This document shows, piece by piece, positions 9,117-18,049 of a stretch of DNA of 64,000 nucleotides. The stretch comes from Myxococcota bacterium (GTDB lineage: Bacteria > Myxococcota_A > UBA796 > CAJQPC01), in the NCBI GenBank assembly GCA_036229005.1, contig JAZAMN010000024.1:64001-128000 (forward strand), read 5' to 3'. Each line of letters opens with the position of its first letter. Position 1 is the first letter of the stretch. Below the pieces are notes generated by a model that worked only from the letters and a program-made list of their open reading frames with translations, had not been told where the DNA came from and did not search any database. The position numbers and the translations under genes were made by a program.

Positions 9117-10048
9117 GCACGCAGGACTGCGCCATCCGCACCCAAGGGCTGCGGAAGGTCTACAAGACCCATTTCTGGGATCGTCCCTATGTGGGCCTGC
9201 AGGGCCTGGACCTGGAGGTCCGCCGCGGCGAGGTCTTTGGCTTCGTCGGCCCCAACGGCGCCGGAAAGACCACCACCATCAAGATCCTGATGGGCCTGCA
9301 GGCCGCCACCGCCGGCCAGGCCTGGATCCTGGGCCGCGACCACCGCGAACAGGACAGCCGCCAGCGCGTGGGCTTCCTGCCCGAGCGCCCCTACTTCTAC
9401 CAGCACCTCACCGCGTGGGAGCTGCTGGACCTCTACGGCGCCCTCTATGGCCTCGACAGCGCCACCCGACGCAAGCGCAGTGGGGAGCTCCTGGAGCGGG
9501 TGGGGTTGAGCCACGCAGCCGACAAGCACCTCAAGGGCTACTCCAAGGGCATGCTCCAGCGCGCCGGCGTCGCCCAGGCCCTGCTCTGCGACCCTGAGCT
9601 TGTGGTCATGGACGAGCCCATGAGCGGCCTGGATCCCATGGGCCGCGCCCTCATCCGGGACATCATCCTGGAGGAGCGCGCCCAGGGCCGCACTGTCTTC
9701 TTCTCCAGCCACATCCTCGCCGACGTCGAGCAGCTCTGCGACCGCGTCGGCATCGTGGTCAAGGGCACCCTGCGCGGCTGCGGCAGCCTCCACGAGCTGC
9801 TGGGGGACAGCGCCCGCGAAGTCGACGTGGTCTTCCAGGGGCCCCCCCAGCCTCAGCTCCCCGGTGTCCAGGTCCAGAGCGAGGGGCTGCGTTGTGTACA
9901 GCGGGTGGAGCCGGCTCACCTCCAGCACACCCTGGACCTGCTACGCGCCGCTGATCTCCCCATCGTCGAGGTCAACCCCAGGCGCAAACACCTGGAGGAG
10001 CTGCTGGTGGACCAGGTCGCCCAGCAGGCCCAGGAGGCCCAGCCATGA
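9113..10048 (+). CDS. ABC transporter ATP-binding protein (Myxococcus PilH-like)
   Basis: GPNGAGKTT, YSKGMLQR, DEPMSGLDP, SSH; upstream of a permease and pilD. Confidence 0.92.
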   Translation: MSTQDCAIRTQGLRKVYKTHFWDRPYVGLQGLDLEVRRGEVFGFVGPNGAGKTTTIKILMGLQAATAGQAWILGRDHREQDSRQRVGFLPERPYFYQHLTAWELLDLYGALYGLDSATRRKRSGELLERVGLSHAADKHLKGYSKGMLQRAGVAQALLCDPELVVMDEPMSGLDPMGRALIRDIILEERAQGRTVFFSSHILADVEQLCDRVGIVVKGTLRGCGSLHELLGDSAREVDVVFQGPPQPQLPGVQVQSEGLRCVQRVEPAHLQHTLDLLRAADLPIVEVNPRRKHLEELLVDQVAQQAQEAQP

Positions 10049-10812
10049 GCGCGGTGTGGGCTATCGCCGTGAACACCTGGCGCGAGTCCATCCGCGACCG
10101 GGTGCTCTACTCGCTCTTCTTCTTCGCGGCCGTGATCATCGTGGTCTCCCTGGGCGCCAAGGAGCTCTCCATCGGCGACGTCGACAAGGTCGTCCGCTCG
10201 GTGGCCCTGGGCGCCATCCGGCTCTTCGCGGACGGCTTCGCCCTGATGCTGGGCGTGGGCCTGGTCTACAAGGAGCTCGAGCGCCGCACCATCTACACCA
10301 TCGCCTCCAAGCCCCTGGCGCGCTGGCGCTTCATCCTGGGCAAATACCTGGGCCTGATGGGCGTGCTCGCCACCCTGCTGGCGGGCATGGCGCTGCTCTA
10401 CACCCTCTCCGTCGGCCTCCAACAGGGGCTCCCCGGCGCCGAGGTGTACTGGTCCTGGGCCCTGCTCTACGTCGAGCTCGCGCTGCTCACCGCCTGGGCC
10501 CTGCTGCTGTCCACCGGCAGCTCGCCGACCGTCGCCACCTTCTTCGCGGTCAGCATCTACCTGATCGGCAACGCGGCGGACGACATCTGGCGCTTCGGCA
10601 GCCAGGCCGAGTCGGAGTCGCTGCGGCAGCTCGCGGAGATCGTCTACTGGGTGCTGCCCAACTTCTCCGTCCTCAGCCTCACGGATCTGGCCGTCCACCA
10701 GCAAGCCGTCCCGCTGGAGCGCGCGCTGGGCGGCATCGTCTACGGGGTGGGCTACTCGGTGGTGGTGCTCTTGGGCGCCTTCGCCAACTTCTCGCGCCGG
10801 GACTTCAAGTGA
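10045..10812 (+). CDS. ABC-2 type permease (PilI-like)
   Basis: About 6 TM segments, ERRTIYTIASKPL..GKYLG, C-terminal FSRRDFK. Confidence 0.88.
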   Translation: MSAVWAIAVNTWRESIRDRVLYSLFFFAAVIIVVSLGAKELSIGDVDKVVRSVALGAIRLFADGFALMLGVGLVYKELERRTIYTIASKPLARWRFILGKYLGLMGVLATLLAGMALLYTLSVGLQQGLPGAEVYWSWALLYVELALLTAWALLLSTGSSPTVATFFAVSIYLIGNAADDIWRFGSQAESESLRQLAEIVYWVLPNFSVLSLTDLAVHQQAVPLERALGGIVYGVGYSVVVLLGAFANFSRRDFK

Positions 10813-11837
10813 TCCCGATGGCGGACCTGGCCGCTCGGCACCGCCGCCACGCCGCCGAGATCGAGGCCGGGGTGCTCCAGGTCCTGCGCGGTGGCCGCTA
10901 CATCGGTGGGGAGCGCGTGGCCCAGGCCGAGGCGGCGCTGGCCGCCCAGATGGGCTGCTCGGGGGGCGTAGGGGTGGCCTCGGGGACCGACGCGCTGATC
11001 CTGGCCCTGAGCGCGCTGGGCGTGGGGCCGGGGACCCGGGTGGCCCTGCCGGCCCTGAGCTTCTTCGCAACCACAGAGGCCCTGCTCTGGCTGGGCGCGA
11101 CCCCGGTGTTCGTGGACCTGCGCGCCGACCGGCCGCTGATGGACAACGCGCAGATCCCCGCGGACGTCGATCTGGTGCTCACCGTCCCGCTCTTCGGGAT
11201 GGGGGGGCAGGACGCCGGGTTGCCCGCCGGGACCCCGGTGCTCTGTGACGCCGCCCAGGCCATCGGGTGGGGGTGGGGGAGGCCGAGGGGGACCTTGGTG
11301 TGTCTCAGTCTGTACCCCACCAAGACAGTCGGGTGTGCCGGAGACGGGGGCGCCATCCTGGGTGACGACGAGGACCTGCTGAGGGCGACCCGCGCTCTGG
11401 CAAACCATGGCCTCGCTGGCGCCCATGAGCATCGGACTCTGGGACGCAACAGCAGGCTGGATGCGGTGCAGGCCCCCGTGGTGTGTGCCCAGCTCTCCTC
11501 CCTCTCCCAACGCATCGCGCGCCGGCGCCAGATCGCCCGCCACTACGAGGCCTGCCTGGATGCGCCCATCCCCCGGGATGACCGGGACGCGGTGCACCAC
11601 TTTGTGCTGCGGCACCCAAGCCGCGATGACTTTGCGGCTCGGTTGCGTACCCAGGGCGTGGCCTCGACCTGCTACTACCCGCGCACCATGGCCCAGCAGG
11701 AGGCCCTCCCGGAGGCTCTGCGGGCCCAGCTCCCGGTCGCGGAGTCCTGGGCGCGCGAGCTCTTGGCGGTACCCTGTCACGCGGAGCTGAGCGATGACCA
11801 GGTGGCGCGGATCGGACGACTGCTGGAGGCGGGATGA
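10809..11837 (+). CDS. DegT/DnrJ/EryC1/StrS PLP-dependent sugar aminotransferase
   Basis: ASGTDALILAL, DAAQAIG, SLYPTKTVGCAGDGG, NSRLDAVQA. Confidence 0.9.
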   Translation: MIPMADLAARHRRHAAEIEAGVLQVLRGGRYIGGERVAQAEAALAAQMGCSGGVGVASGTDALILALSALGVGPGTRVALPALSFFATTEALLWLGATPVFVDLRADRPLMDNAQIPADVDLVLTVPLFGMGGQDAGLPAGTPVLCDAAQAIGWGWGRPRGTLVCLSLYPTKTVGCAGDGGAILGDDEDLLRATRALANHGLAGAHEHRTLGRNSRLDAVQAPVVCAQLSSLSQRIARRRQIARHYEACLDAPIPRDDRDAVHHFVLRHPSRDDFAARLRTQGVASTCYYPRTMAQQEALPEALRAQLPVAESWARELLAVPCHAELSDDQVARIGRLLEAG

Positions 11838-12688
11838 CCGCTGAGGGGCTGCACGGCCTGCTCCAGGGCTGGGCCTTCGCTGTCTCCCTGGCGGTGGGCA
11901 GCTTCCTGAACGTGGTCATCGCGCGCATGCCCGAGGACCGCTCGGTGGTGCGTCCGGGGAGCATGTGTCCGGCCTGTGGCCACCAGATCCGTTGGTACGA
12001 GAACATCCCGGTGCTCTCCTGGATCGGGCTGCGCGGCAAGTGCAGCGGCTGCGGCATCCCCATCTCGCCGCTGTACCCGGCCATCGAGCTGCTCACCGGC
12101 GTGCTGGGCCTGCTGCTGTTCCGGCGCCTGGTCCCGGACTTCATGGCGGTGGACGCCGGGCACCTGGCGGCGTGGGGGATCTTCCTGGTGTTCGTGGCGA
12201 TGCAGATCGCCAACACCTTCATCGACCTGCGCCACCGCATCCTGCCCGACGAGCTGACCATCTACGCGGCTCCCTTCGGGGTGGGCGCGGCGCTGCTGCT
12301 CCAGTGGCTGGGCTACGAGGGGCCGCTGGGCATCACCTGGCAGCAGTCGGTGGTGGGCTCGCTGGCGGGCGGTGGCGTGCTGCTGCTGCTGATCCTGGGC
12401 TACTGGGTCTTCCGCCGCACGCAGGGCATGGGCTTCGGCGACGTGAAGCTGCTGTTGGCCTACGGTGCCTTCCTGGGGCTGTGGGCGGTGCCGCCCATCC
12501 TGATGATCGGCGCGCTGTCCGGCCTGATGGTGGGCATCCCGCTGATGGTCATCAAGGGCCGGGGCCTGCGCCTGGAGATGCCCTTTGGGCCCTTCCTGGT
12601 GCTGGGCGCGGTGGTCTGGGTCTACTTCGGCGACGCGCTGGTCGACTGGTGGCTCCCCTACAACAGCATCATGAGCGGCGGGCTCTGA
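11834..12688 (+). CDS. pilD: Prepilin peptidase/N-methyltransferase
   Basis: GSFLNVVIAR, CPAC..ENIPVLSW..GKCSGC, GMGFGDVKL, PFGPFL. Confidence 0.95.
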   Translation: MTAEGLHGLLQGWAFAVSLAVGSFLNVVIARMPEDRSVVRPGSMCPACGHQIRWYENIPVLSWIGLRGKCSGCGIPISPLYPAIELLTGVLGLLLFRRLVPDFMAVDAGHLAAWGIFLVFVAMQIANTFIDLRHRILPDELTIYAAPFGVGAALLLQWLGYEGPLGITWQQSVVGSLAGGGVLLLLILGYWVFRRTQGMGFGDVKLLLAYGAFLGLWAVPPILMIGALSGLMVGIPLMVIKGRGLRLEMPFGPFLVLGAVVWVYFGDALVDWWLPYNSIMSGGL

Positions 12689-12709
12689 GCAGGGTGGGGG
12701 CGCTGAAGT

Positions 12710-12742
12710 GAAACACCCCGGAGCGGTGGGCGCTCCGGGGTG
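12710..12742 (-). terminator. Probable intrinsic terminator between convergent genes
   Basis: 12-bp stem CACCCCGGAGCG/CGCTCCGGGGTG with a 5-nt loop, followed by TTTC on the minus strand. Confidence 0.6.
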
Positions 12743-12784
12743 CCAGGGGACCTCTCGGGCAGAAAGGTCAGGGGGCTGGAAGCC

Positions 12785-15010
12785 TCAGTAGAGGTTCCAG
12801 ACGAACAGGCCACCGACGTCGTCGTCGGCTTCGCCGTCGCCGTCCAGGTCGGAGCCGAACGCGGGGTCACCGAACACCAGGTCCAGCACGCCGTCGCCGT
12901 CGAAGTCCTGGGGCGTGGAGGAGAAGCCGGCGCCGAAGTCGCCGGTGTTGTGGTCGGAGGCTGTGTTGGCGAAGGAGAACAGGGCGTCGTCCTTGGTCAG
13001 GTCGCCGCTGGCGCCCACCACGTCGAACACCCAGGCGGCGTCGGAGCCGCTGGCGTTGGCCACGATGACCAGCTCGGGGTTGCCGTCGCCGGTGACGTCC
13101 GCGGTGTAGTTCACGTGCGAGGGGGCGTAGGAGCTGCCCAGCTCGATGAACAGGTCGGTGTCGTCGTCGAAGGACATCCCGCCCGCGCCCTTGAGGGAGG
13201 CGGAGCCGAAGGTGAAGCCCAGGGCGCCGGTGTCGCCGTTGAAGTAGGTGACCTCGCCCAGGCCGTCGCCGTCCATGTCCTCGACCAGGTGGGCGGAGGC
13301 GCCGACGGCTGCGCTGGCCTCGTCGCCGCCCCAGTAGTCGGAGAAGTAGTCGGTGGCGTCCAGGGTGTCGGAGCTGGTGCTGTACTCGGTGCTGGAGCCC
13401 CACCACATCCAGGCGCGGCCGGCGTTGGTGTAGCTGTTGTCCACGCCCTGGCCGCCCATGATCCAGTCGTCGATGCCGTCGCCGTCGACGTCGATGCCGC
13501 CGTTGATGCTGTGGGCGATGTTCGAGCTGTAGGACTCGGTGATGTAGCTGGCGTCGGCGTCTTCGGCGGCGAAGTTGCCCAGGCCGCCGGCCTCGCCGTA
13601 GATCACGGCGTAGCGGTCCTCGTAGTAGCTGGCGGAGTAGCCGCCGATGTTGGACCAGAAGAGCAGGTCCTGCACGCCGTCGCCGTTCAGGTCGCCGCTG
13701 TTGAAGCCCTCGCCCACCGAAGAGAAGCTGTAGTCGTAGTAGTAGTAGTAGGTGTACCCGGTGACCACGGTGTGGGCGTCGCTGGTGTCCCCGCCGTCAG
13801 CCAGGGTGGCTGCGTCGGCGATGAAGATGCGGCCCTTGTACATGTAGCTGGAGTAGCTGTAGAGGCTGGCGCCGATGCCGATGTCGTTGCCTTCGTCACC
13901 GCCGAAGTCGCCGAGCATCACGATGTTGCTGCCCAGGCCCTCGGTGCTGGAGCCGTTGATCTCCACGTCCGAGGTGCCCACGGGGGCCCCGTCGGTGGGC
14001 AGGCCGCCCGCGCCGGTCCAGATGTAGACCACGCCGTTCCCGGAGTCGTCACCCTGCGCGCCGACCACGATGTCCACCAGGCCGTCGCCGTCCAGGTCGC
14101 CCATCTCGACGGAGGAGCCGAAGCTGTCGCCGGAGGCGTTGCCGACGACGCTGATGTCGGCGCTGTCGACGCTCATGTCCTGGTCGGTCTGGCCCTCGCA
14201 GTCGTTCTTGATGCCGTCCAGGTACTCGATCGCGCCGGGGTAGACCGAGGGGTTGGTGTCGTCGCAGTCCTTGCTCTTGGTGGACTTGATGCTGTAGCCG
14301 TCGCCGTCCTGGTCGAAGTCATCGGCGCCGTCGCAGTTGGAGTCGATGTTGTCGTACCAGATGTCCTCGGCCCCGGGGTGCACTGCGGCGTTGGCGTCGA
14401 TGCAGTCGTCGCCGCCGTAGGGCTCGGCGGTGTAGCCGTCGCCGTCCTTGTCGAAGTCGTTGTCGCCGGCGCAGTCCTGGTCGATGCCGTCGTACCAGAT
14501 CTCCTCGGCGCCGGGGTAGACCGCCGCGTTGCTGTCGTCGCAGTCGTCGCCGCCGGCCTCGGGGCGATCGTGCCCGTCACCGTCCACGTCGGTCTCGACG
14601 GCGCCGATCAGGGCGACGCCCATGTCGGGGGTGTCGGGATCGTTGGACTGGATCAGCAGGGTGGTCCGGGCCTCGTCGTAGTCCACGGGCCGGTAGGTCA
14701 GGCTGACGTTCTGGCTGCTCTGGGGCTGCAGGGTCAGCACCGTGGTGCCGCTGGAGAAGGGACCGTCCACGGCGAAGTCGGTGATCTCCAGCACACCCGT
14801 GCCGGTGTTGGACACGGTGATCTGGGCGCGCTCGCTGATCCCGACGTCCGCGGCGATGCCGAAGTCCACGCTGGTCACGGAGACGGCGATGTTGGGGATG
14901 CCCGCGTCGCCGGTGTCGTCGGTGGTGGTGGTGTTGACGGGGCCGCCGGTGTCACAGGCGACGAGCAGGGCGAGCAGGCCGGGGAGAGCCAGGAGAGGGG
15001 CCGAGCGCAT
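12785..15010 (-). CDS. Surface lipoprotein: Ig-like domain, three MopE-related metal-binding repeats, FG-GAP repeats
   Basis: LLALLVAC lipobox; SNTGTGVLEIT; DGDG..DCDD..VYPGA.E..DGID.DC x3; GDLDGDGLVDIVVGA-type repeats; GGAGG SD. Confidence 0.88.
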   Translation of the reverse strand: MRSAPLLALPGLLALLVACDTGGPVNTTTTDDTGDAGIPNIAVSVTSVDFGIAADVGISERAQITVSNTGTGVLEITDFAVDGPFSSGTTVLTLQPQSSQNVSLTYRPVDYDEARTTLLIQSNDPDTPDMGVALIGAVETDVDGDGHDRPEAGGDDCDDSNAAVYPGAEEIWYDGIDQDCAGDNDFDKDGDGYTAEPYGGDDCIDANAAVHPGAEDIWYDNIDSNCDGADDFDQDGDGYSIKSTKSKDCDDTNPSVYPGAIEYLDGIKNDCEGQTDQDMSVDSADISVVGNASGDSFGSSVEMGDLDGDGLVDIVVGAQGDDSGNGVVYIWTGAGGLPTDGAPVGTSDVEINGSSTEGLGSNIVMLGDFGGDEGNDIGIGASLYSYSSYMYKGRIFIADAATLADGGDTSDAHTVVTGYTYYYYYDYSFSSVGEGFNSGDLNGDGVQDLLFWSNIGGYSASYYEDRYAVIYGEAGGLGNFAAEDADASYITESYSSNIAHSINGGIDVDGDGIDDWIMGGQGVDNSYTNAGRAWMWWGSSTEYSTSSDTLDATDYFSDYWGGDEASAAVGASAHLVEDMDGDGLGEVTYFNGDTGALGFTFGSASLKGAGGMSFDDDTDLFIELGSSYAPSHVNYTADVTGDGNPELVIVANASGSDAAWVFDVVGASGDLTKDDALFSFANTASDHNTGDFGAGFSSTPQDFDGDGVLDLVFGDPAFGSDLDGDGEADDDVGGLFVWNLY

Positions 15011-15114
15011 GTAGGTGCCTCCAATTGTGCGTGCAAAATACATGTGTACTGTGGTGCTGCACAAGTGCCGCGCGCTCGTCGGCGCCCCTTGCGCGAATCG
15101 TCACAGCATCGGGC

Positions 15115-16839
15115 TCAGGCCACCTGGTGCAGGAGCTCCCGGGTTCGGCAGGCGCGGGCGTCGGCCCGGAGGCCGAGCTGCTCGAAGGCCTGAGCAGCCA
15201 TCGCCCAGCCGGGGGCCCACTCGGGGAGGGCATCCAGCATGGGGCCCAGGGCGGAGAGCGCCTTCCGGGGCTCCGCCTTGCGCAGCCAGCGGCGGGCGCG
15301 CCAGGCCTGCCAGGAGAGCTGACTCATCGGTCCAAGCCCTCGGCGCAGCATGGTGGGCAGCGGCCAGTCCATCGCGGCGGCCAGCAGGAGCACAGCCTCG
15401 GAGGGGGGGACGGGGGGCAGCAGCGCGGGGTCGTCGATCGCGGGGGGCGTCCACTCCGGAGAGGAGCTCAGGCGCAGGTGGATCGGCCCCTCGCCCTGGA
15501 TCCAGGTGTGCAGGGGCTCTCGGGCGCCGTACTCGCCGTCCCAGTGCAGGCGCACCTCGCCGATGGGATCGCGGGGGACCTCCAGGTCCACCCACAGCGC
15601 CCACTCCCGGCGGCTGTGCTTGTGCAGGCAGGCCTCCAGTGCGCCCGGATCGCCGTCGTCGACCACGACCAGCCGCCCCTCGGTCGGCGCCGGGCGGGTG
15701 GTGGCGCCGATGTGGGAGCGGGCCCAGGACTCGGTGGGCGTGTCCGGCAGCGGCCAGCGGGCCAGCTCCATGTGGGCCTCCTGGGTGAGCCCACGCTGGT
15801 GCAGCCCCAAGGCCCAGGAGAAGCCCTCGGCGCGCTCCAGCTCCTCGCGGCTCTGCCGCCACCGCTCCAGGAACACCGGCCGGAGCTGCTCGCTCGCCCG
15901 GCGCAGCCTCCCCGGCTTGTCCTGCCCGGAGCGGACCCGGTAGTAGAGCGTGGGCAGCGGCAGCGCCTCGACGTCCCCCAGCTTGAGGATGCGCTGGAAC
16001 ATGTCCAGGTCCGCGCCCCGGCCCAGCCGACGGTCGAAGGGGCCGGCCTGCAGGTAGGCGCTGCGGTGGGCCAGGAAGGCGCCCCCCATGCCTGGGATCT
16101 GGGCGAGAGCGGCGCGACGGAGCACCTGGGGCGGGAGGCGGAGCGCGGGCCGGTAGCTGTGGATGTCGTGCCCCTTGAAGAACACGGCGTCTCCGAACAC
16201 GCCGATCAGGTCCTCGCAGCTCTGCAGGGTGGTCGCCAGGGCCTGTACCGCCCCCGGCAGGAGGAGGTCGTCGTCGTCCAGGGCCAGCAGGTACTCGCCG
16301 CGGGCGTTCTCCACCCCGGTCTGGAGGGCCTGGGACTTGCCGCGGTTGCGGTTGTGCCCGAACGCGCGCAGATCGGGTTGGCTCTGGAGCCAGCGCCAGG
16401 TTCCATCGCTGCTGCCGTCGTCGACCACCAGGATCTCCACGGGCCAGGACTGCCCCCGCGCGCTGTCGATCGCCTGCTTGAGCAGCGGCAGCCGGTCCAG
16501 GGTGGGGATCACGATGCTCACCAGCGGTCCCTCGACTGGGGGCAGAGGCAGCAACCCCGCTGGAGCCCGCCCTTGGAGGTTCAAGCGTTGATCCAAGGTC
16601 ACCTTGGCGCGCCCAAAGGCCAGCTCCGGCAGCCCCAGGGAGCTCAGCAGACGGCTCGCCTGTTCGGGGCTCGCGCTGGTGTGCCAGGTGACCCGGCGCC
16701 CGGAGAGCGTCAGGGCTGCGGTTGCCCAGCCGTCATCGTCATGGGCGATGCCGACGGTGGAGGGAGCGGTGATCAGGGCCTCGGCCAGCGCGGCGCGCTC
16801 AGCCTGGCTCCGGGGACGGATCGCGAGAGAGACAGCCAT
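15115..16839 (-). CDS. Glycosyltransferase family 2 with an uncharacterised C-terminal domain ending in a TPR-like segment
   Basis: VSIVIPT, EILVVDDGSSDGT, LALDDDD. Confidence 0.88.
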   Translation of the reverse strand: MAVSLAIRPRSQAERAALAEALITAPSTVGIAHDDDGWATAALTLSGRRVTWHTSASPEQASRLLSSLGLPELAFGRAKVTLDQRLNLQGRAPAGLLPLPPVEGPLVSIVIPTLDRLPLLKQAIDSARGQSWPVEILVVDDGSSDGTWRWLQSQPDLRAFGHNRNRGKSQALQTGVENARGEYLLALDDDDLLLPGAVQALATTLQSCEDLIGVFGDAVFFKGHDIHSYRPALRLPPQVLRRAALAQIPGMGGAFLAHRSAYLQAGPFDRRLGRGADLDMFQRILKLGDVEALPLPTLYYRVRSGQDKPGRLRRASEQLRPVFLERWRQSREELERAEGFSWALGLHQRGLTQEAHMELARWPLPDTPTESWARSHIGATTRPAPTEGRLVVVDDGDPGALEACLHKHSRREWALWVDLEVPRDPIGEVRLHWDGEYGAREPLHTWIQGEGPIHLRLSSSPEWTPPAIDDPALLPPVPPSEAVLLLAAAMDWPLPTMLRRGLGPMSQLSWQAWRARRWLRKAEPRKALSALGPMLDALPEWAPGWAMAAQAFEQLGLRADARACRTRELLHQVA

Positions 16840-16904
16840 GCCAGACCTCTCGGACCATGTCTCTGGACTGTGAGCCCCCCGTCCCAGTGGCTAAGAAGGG
16901 GGGC

Positions 16905-18026
16905 ATGATCCACTCCGCCGAAGCCCTCGTTTCCCTGCCGATCTTCCGCCAAGTCCCCGTTGAGCGGTTGCAAGCGGCGCAGGCCCTCTTTCACCACCTG
17001 GAGATCCCCTCGGGGCACCGGATCTGGTCAGAGGGAGAGGCTGCGGACCGCATGGCCATTCTCGTGGCCGGCCAACTCCGCGTGAGTCGGGCGGGCGAAC
17101 AGATCGGTACTGTGTCCGCAGGCGAGGTCACCGGGGAGGCTGGCGGCTTCTTCCAAGGCTTCACCCGCAACGCGGACGCGGACGCGGTGGGCGAGTGCAC
17201 CCTGCTGATCCTGGACCGGCAGACCATGGGCCGCCTGCGCGCCCAGCACCAGGAGGTCTACGACGCCCTGCTCGTGGCCACCGAGCGGGCTCTGGTCGGG
17301 CGGGTGCGGGCCACCACGCTGGAGCTGGCCAAGCGCTCTCCCGGCGTCACCGACCGCCCCGAGCGCCTGGAGCTCTCCACGCTGCAGCGGGTCTGGCGCA
17401 AGCTCACCTCGGACAAGGCCAGCCCCGCACCGCCCCTGGTCTACCCGCTCCTCGCGCGGCGCCCCGGGCTGGCGGGTGTGCCCCTGGAGCAGGTCCGCAA
17501 GCTGGTGCCCTACTTCACCCCGCGCAAGGTCCACCAGGGCGAGGTGATCTGCATGGAGGGTGACCAGGTCACCGACGGCTGGCTGCTGGGGGAGGGCCGC
17601 GTCGAGGTCTACCGCAACGTGGGCGGCGAGCGCGCCGAGCACCTGACCACCCTGCGGCCGGGCGACCTGTTCGGGCACAACGGCATGCTGAATCGGGCGG
17701 CCCGCCGCTCGGCGAGCTGTGTGGCCGCTGAGCCCGGCTGGATCTTCACCATGGACCACGCGCTCTTTGGACCCCCCACCAGCCCGGAGCTGCGGCTGTG
17801 GACCGAGTCCATGCTGATCTCCCTGATGGAGCAGGTCTCCCGGGCCAACCGCTCGCTGGAGCTGTTGGTGATGGACACCCTGCCGGAGCTGCCGGTGGGC
17901 GCCCTGACACCCATGGTCACCGAGGAACTGGAGGCCGACGCCCTGCGCGGCGCCCACAGCGCGCTGGCCGGTCACACCCTGGACGAGGAGCTTCCCAAGG
18001 TGGAGTTCGGGGTGGGCCGCGGTTGA
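16905..18026 (+). CDS. Protein with two cyclic-nucleotide-binding domains
   Basis: GEVTGEAG..TRNADADA and PGDLFGHNG..RRSASCVA. Confidence 0.85.
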   Translation: MIHSAEALVSLPIFRQVPVERLQAAQALFHHLEIPSGHRIWSEGEAADRMAILVAGQLRVSRAGEQIGTVSAGEVTGEAGGFFQGFTRNADADAVGECTLLILDRQTMGRLRAQHQEVYDALLVATERALVGRVRATTLELAKRSPGVTDRPERLELSTLQRVWRKLTSDKASPAPPLVYPLLARRPGLAGVPLEQVRKLVPYFTPRKVHQGEVICMEGDQVTDGWLLGEGRVEVYRNVGGERAEHLTTLRPGDLFGHNGMLNRAARRSASCVAAEPGWIFTMDHALFGPPTSPELRLWTESMLISLMEQVSRANRSLELLVMDTLPELPVGALTPMVTEELEADALRGAHSALAGHTLDEELPKVEFGVGRG

Positions 18027-18049
18027 ACCCAGGCGCAGGCTCCGGAGCG

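Noticed and set aside
9864..11837. 657-aa ORF as an extended DegT
   Set aside because: The upstream part overlaps the ABC permease; DegT motifs begin after 10809
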